Assembly (NCBI GenBank): GCA_963842525.1 | Contig: CAWJGT010000007.1 | Location: 1 to 64,000, forward strand | DNA: 64,000 bases | Direction of reading: 5' to 3' | DNA from: an uncultured Holophagales bacterium | Lineage (GTDB): Bacteria; Acidobacteriota; Thermoanaerobaculia; Multivoradales; UBA5704 | Part shown: positions 60,444 through 64,000 of the stretch, one piece after another | How positions within the stretch are numbered: position 1 is the first letter of the stretch | Layout of the letters: each line of letters begins with the position of its first letter | The notes under the pieces: model-generated | The model's input: the letters and a program-made list of their open reading frames with translations, nothing else | Told to the model about the DNA's origin: nothing | Database searches by the model: none | Translations under genes and position numbers: made by a program

Positions 60444-61025
60444 TTAGATCCGCAGGTGTCCCAGCAGTCTTTCGGGGTCGACCGGTTTCACCAGGTGGAC
60501 ATCGAAGCCTGCCTCCAGAGCGCGCCGCCGGTCTTCGTCGCGCCCGTATCCGGTGACGGCGATGAGGAGGGTGGCGGCGGTCTCCGGGCTCTGGCGCAGG
60601 GTGCTGGCCACGGAAAAGCCGTCCATCCCCGGGAGGCCGATGTCGCAGAGCACGACGTCCGGCCGCCCGGCCCTCGCGGCTTCCACCCCCTCCGGGCCCG
60701 TATAGGCCAGGGCCACCTCGTGGCCGCAGATTTCGAGGAGCAGCCGGAGGCTCTCGGCCGAGTCGCGGTTGTCCTCGACGACCAGGATCCGCAGGTGTCT
60801 CTCGGCCGGCTCGGCAGTGGATGCGCCTCCGGTCAGCGCCGGCGTCTCCGGCTTCTGCGGCGCGCTGATCCGCGCGATGGCACCGGCAGCCGCATCGCCC
60901 AGGGCCTGCAGGGCCTCGAGCTCCTCGCGGCTCGCCTCGCGCAGCACGGCCATCATGGCTTCCATGTCCTGGCAGAGCGAGAGCCGCTGCACCACACGAA
61001 TAAGCTCAGGCTGAAGAACCATCAC
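60444..61025 (-). CDS. response regulator receiver protein, possibly a deleted hybrid kinase
   Basis: [36 protein letters not shown]. Confidence 0.8.
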   Translation of the reverse strand: MMVLQPELIRVVQRLSLCQDMEAMMAVLREASREELEALQALGDAAAGAIARISAPQKPETPALTGGASTAEPAERHLRILVVEDNRDSAESLRLLLEICGHEVALAYTGPEGVEAARAGRPDVVLCDIGLPGMDGFSVASTLRQSPETAATLLIAVTGYGRDEDRRRALEAGFDVHLVKPVDPERLLGHLRI

Positions 61026-61102
61026 CGGTTAGTCTACCGCGGGCGCAGGGCATATACTCCTGTCCAAGCCGGTTCCGGACGTGCTGGAAGCGGCAGGCAG
61101 TC

Positions 61103-62128
61103 ATGACAATTCCGATCTCCGTGTTGGACCTGGCCCCGGTCGGGTCGGGCTCCACGCCGTCGCAGGCACTCCGCAATACGGTCGAGTTGGCCCGCCTCGC
61201 GGAGCGGCTCGGCTATACGCGCTGCTGGTACGCCGAGCACCACAACATTCCCAGCGTCGCCAGCTCGTCGCCCGAAGTGCTGATCGGGCACGTGGCCTCG
61301 GCGACCGAGCGGATCCGGGTCGGCTCCGGTGGGATCCTGCTCCCCAACCACGCGCCGCTGCGGGTGGCCGAGGCGTTCCACACCCTCGAAGCCCTGCACC
61401 CGGGCCGCATCGATCTCGGCATCGGCCGCGCGCCGGGCACCGACCCGGCCACCTCGCAGGCGCTGCGTCCCTTCGACGCCGAGCAGTTCCCGGCCCAGTT
61501 GGCCGAGCTGCTGGCGCTCTCCCGGGGCGACATCCCGGACGATCATCCGTTCCGGTCCGTGCGGGTCATGCCGGACGACGTAAAGCTCCCGCCGATCTGG
61601 CTGCTGGGGTCCAGCGGCGCCACCGCCAGGCTCGCCGGCTCCATGGGCCTGGGCTACAGCTTTGCCCGGCATTTCAGCCAGGAGCCGCCGGCGCCGGCGA
61701 TCCGCGCCTATCGGGAGAGCTTCCGGCCGTCGGAGCAATCCCCGAAGCCGCACGCGATCCTGGCGGTCGCCGTCATCTGCGCCGAGACGGACGAACGGGC
61801 CGAGCATCTCGCCTGGACCGTGGACCTCACCTGGGTCCGGCTGCACAGCGGCCGGCCGGGCCCGCTGCCGACCCCGGAAGAAGCCATGGCCTATCCCTAC
61901 ACGCCGCACGAGCGAGCCATCGCGCGCCGCGCCCGAGCCCTCAACATCATCGGCAGCCCGGCCACCGTGCGCGCGCAGATCGAGGCCCTGGTCGAGGAGA
62001 CCGGCGCGGACGAGGTGATGGTGACCACAACGATCCACAACCCCGCGGAACGGCTGCGCTCCTACGAGCTCCTGGCCGGGGCCATGAGCGAGATGAAAGT
62101 CGCGGAGCAGACCGTTGGAGACCGATAG
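61103..62128 (+). CDS. LLM class flavin-dependent oxidoreductase
   Basis: [41 protein letters not shown]. Confidence 0.93.
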   Translation: MTIPISVLDLAPVGSGSTPSQALRNTVELARLAERLGYTRCWYAEHHNIPSVASSSPEVLIGHVASATERIRVGSGGILLPNHAPLRVAEAFHTLEALHPGRIDLGIGRAPGTDPATSQALRPFDAEQFPAQLAELLALSRGDIPDDHPFRSVRVMPDDVKLPPIWLLGSSGATARLAGSMGLGYSFARHFSQEPPAPAIRAYRESFRPSEQSPKPHAILAVAVICAETDERAEHLAWTVDLTWVRLHSGRPGPLPTPEEAMAYPYTPHERAIARRARALNIIGSPATVRAQIEALVEETGADEVMVTTTIHNPAERLRSYELLAGAMSEMKVAEQTVGDR

Positions 62129-62162
62129 TAGTTTATTAAGGAGCTCTTGGTGCGCGCCGCGC

Positions 62163-62546
62163 CTACCACGCCACTCTAAGAAGGTCTGAAACGTAGTCGA
62201 AGTGGTCGTCCCGGCTGACGACGGGCTGATGGTGTTGCCGCGCCAGGGCGGCGATCCAGATGTCGTTCTCTGGAATGGGGCGGCCTTTCCGGCGAAGCTC
62301 GTCCCGCACCTGGGAATACGTCTCCGCTGTCGTCTCGTCAACCAGCAGCACAAAGGATTCTCGGATGAGGATCTCGAGGAGTTTCTGGAGATCACCGCGA
62401 CGACGTGAGCCAAGAAGCCCGTAGCGGTATTCGCCGATGACAACGACAGGGAGGTGGTGGCGCTCGTCCGCGGCCAACACCTCACCAAGGGCAGGATCAC
62501 CAGCGAGGAGAGCGGAGACAGCGTTGGTATCGAGGATCACCGCCAC
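62163..62546 (-). CDS. vapC: VapC PIN toxin
   Basis: [33 protein letters not shown]. Confidence 0.92.
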   Translation of the reverse strand: MAVILDTNAVSALLAGDPALGEVLAADERHHLPVVVIGEYRYGLLGSRRRGDLQKLLEILIRESFVLLVDETTAETYSQVRDELRRKGRPIPENDIWIAALARQHHQPVVSRDDHFDYVSDLLRVAW

Positions 62547-62787
62547 TCATCCGGATCAATGTCCTCGAGCTCGGCTGCAACGACCGCATCGACGGCCTCC
62601 ACATCCTCTCGCCGTGCCTGGCCGAAGACGCTTCGCCAGCCGCGTTGCGACGACGTTCCTAGAGCCTTCCGCTTCAGATGTGCCTGGAGCGCCTCCGCGA
62701 CGAAATCCTTGAGGCTCTCCCCTCGCAGCGCAGCCGTGGCTTTGGTCTGCCGAAGAGCTCGTCCGGAATCTCTAGAGTGGTCTTCAT
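62537..62787 (-). CDS. ribbon-helix-helix antitoxin, frameshift near 62755
   Basis: [10 protein letters not shown] then, in another frame, [22 protein letters not shown]. Confidence 0.75.
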
Positions 62788-62909
62788 GGTCCCATCTTCC
62801 CATATTTATGGGCGCGAGTCCACCTGGGCACAACACCCCTGCGCCCTTGTCGGATAGGATTGGGGGCCCTGCCGGCTGCGGCAGGACCCAACGATCGAGG
62901 ACCTCTGCA

Positions 62910-64000
62910 ATGCCCGACAGCACCCCCTCCACCCCCGGACGTGACTTCATCCGCGACATGGTCGAGCGCGACCGTGCCGCGGGCAAGTATGGCGGCAGGG
63001 TGGTCACACGTTTTCCGCCGGAGCCGAACGGCTACCTCCATATCGGTCACGCCAAGTCGATCTGCCTCAACTTCGGCCTTGCGCTGGAGAACGGCGGGAC
63101 CTGCAACGTCCGTCTCGACGACACCAACCCCGAGACCGAGGATCAGCAGTACGTCGAGGCGATCCAGCGGTACGTGCGCTGGCTGGGCTTCGACTGGGGG
63201 GAGAATTTCTTCCATGCCTCGGACTACTTCGAGCAGCTCTATGACTTCGCCGTCGAGCTGATCCGGCGGGGCAAGGCCTACGTCGACAGCCTGAACGAGG
63301 ACGAGATCCGCGAGTACCGGGGCACTGTCACCGAGCCCGGCCGGAACAGCCCCTACCGCGACCGCAGCGTCGAGGAGAACCTCGACCTCTTCCGCCGGAT
63401 GCGGGCCGGCGAGTTTCCGGACGGCGCCCACGTGCTGCGCGGCAAGATCGACATGGCCTCGCCCAACATGAAGATGCGGGACCCGCTCTTCTACCGCATC
63501 AAGCACGCCACCCACTTCCACCGCGGCAATGCCTGGTGCATCTACCCGTTCTACGACTTCGCCCATCCGCTCTCGGACGCCATCGAAGGCATCACCCACT
63601 CGCTCTGCACGCTGGAGTTCGAGAACAACCGGGAGATCTACGACTGGCTGGTCGACACCTTGGAATTCCCCGACCCGCCGCGGCAGACCGAGTTCGCCCG
63701 CCTCAACCTCACGTACACGGTGTTGAGCAAGCGCAAGCTCCTGGCGCTCGTCGAGCGCAAGCTCGTGACGGGCTGGGACGATCCGCGGATGCCGACCCTC
63801 GCCGGGCTGCGCCGCCGCGGCTTCACTCCCGAGGCGATCCGCGACCTCTGTGAGCGCGTCGGCGTCGCCAAGGCCAACAGCACGGTGGACGTGACGCTCC
63901 TGGAGCACTGCCAGCGCGAGGACCTCAATCCGCAGGTTCCCCGGGTGATGTGCGTGCTGCGGCCGTTGCGGCTGGTGATCGAAAACTACCCCGAAGGCCA
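62910..64000 (+). CDS. glnS: glutamine--tRNA ligase (5' part, runs off the window)
   Basis: MPDST...[54 protein letters not shown]. Confidence 0.95.
   Translation, partial: MPDSTPSTPGRDFIRDMVERDRAAGKYGGRVVTRFPPEPNGYLHIGHAKSICLNFGLALENGGTCNVRLDDTNPETEDQQYVEAIQRYVRWLGFDWGENFFHASDYFEQLYDFAVELIRRGKAYVDSLNEDEIREYRGTVTEPGRNSPYRDRSVEENLDLFRRMRAGEFPDGAHVLRGKIDMASPNMKMRDPLFYRIKHATHFHRGNAWCIYPFYDFAHPLSDAIEGITHSLCTLEFENNREIYDWLVDTLEFPDPPRQTEFARLNLTYTVLSKRKLLALVERKLVTGWDDPRMPTLAGLRRRGFTPEAIRDLCERVGVAKANSTVDVTLLEHCQREDLNPQVPRVMCVLRPLRLVIENYPEG

Overview
GC-rich bacterial chromosome segment. Gene content and repeat style suggest Acidobacteriota, probably Thermoanaerobaculia (inference). Housekeeping blocks: moaB/mogA, a sigma54-controlled adaptor/ABC-ATPase operon with its two-component system, an M24 peptidase, a MntR-Tro metal uptake locus, a heme-copper oxidase cluster, an ArcE-like enzyme plus carbamate kinase, an aminotransferase, BlaI/M56-TonB, a PIG-L protein, uvrD/pcrA, DUF885, HupE, an LLM oxidoreductase and the 5' part of glnS. 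Three accessory zones carry the interesting material. (1) 19.1-24.2 kb: a CHAT-CHASE2 membrane protease and a FecR lipoprotein with seven 58-aa two-Cys repeats, lying between duplicated troD 3' halves. (2) 35.6-40.1 kb: decayed integron-like cassettes, toxin-antitoxin debris, and a unit made of a putative divergent boxA-containing RNA, a small helical protein gene and a ~20-unit GATAAGCTTATC palindrome array. (3) 54.2-57.7 kb: REP elements, TA genes, an unannotated 59-aa double-glycine Cys/Ser/Thr-rich RiPP precursor followed by an attC-like hairpin, and a 7-bp-phased GGWCC array. Several conserved genes carry single-base frameshifts that are most likely sequencing errors. All family calls come from motif recognition by eye, not database searches.
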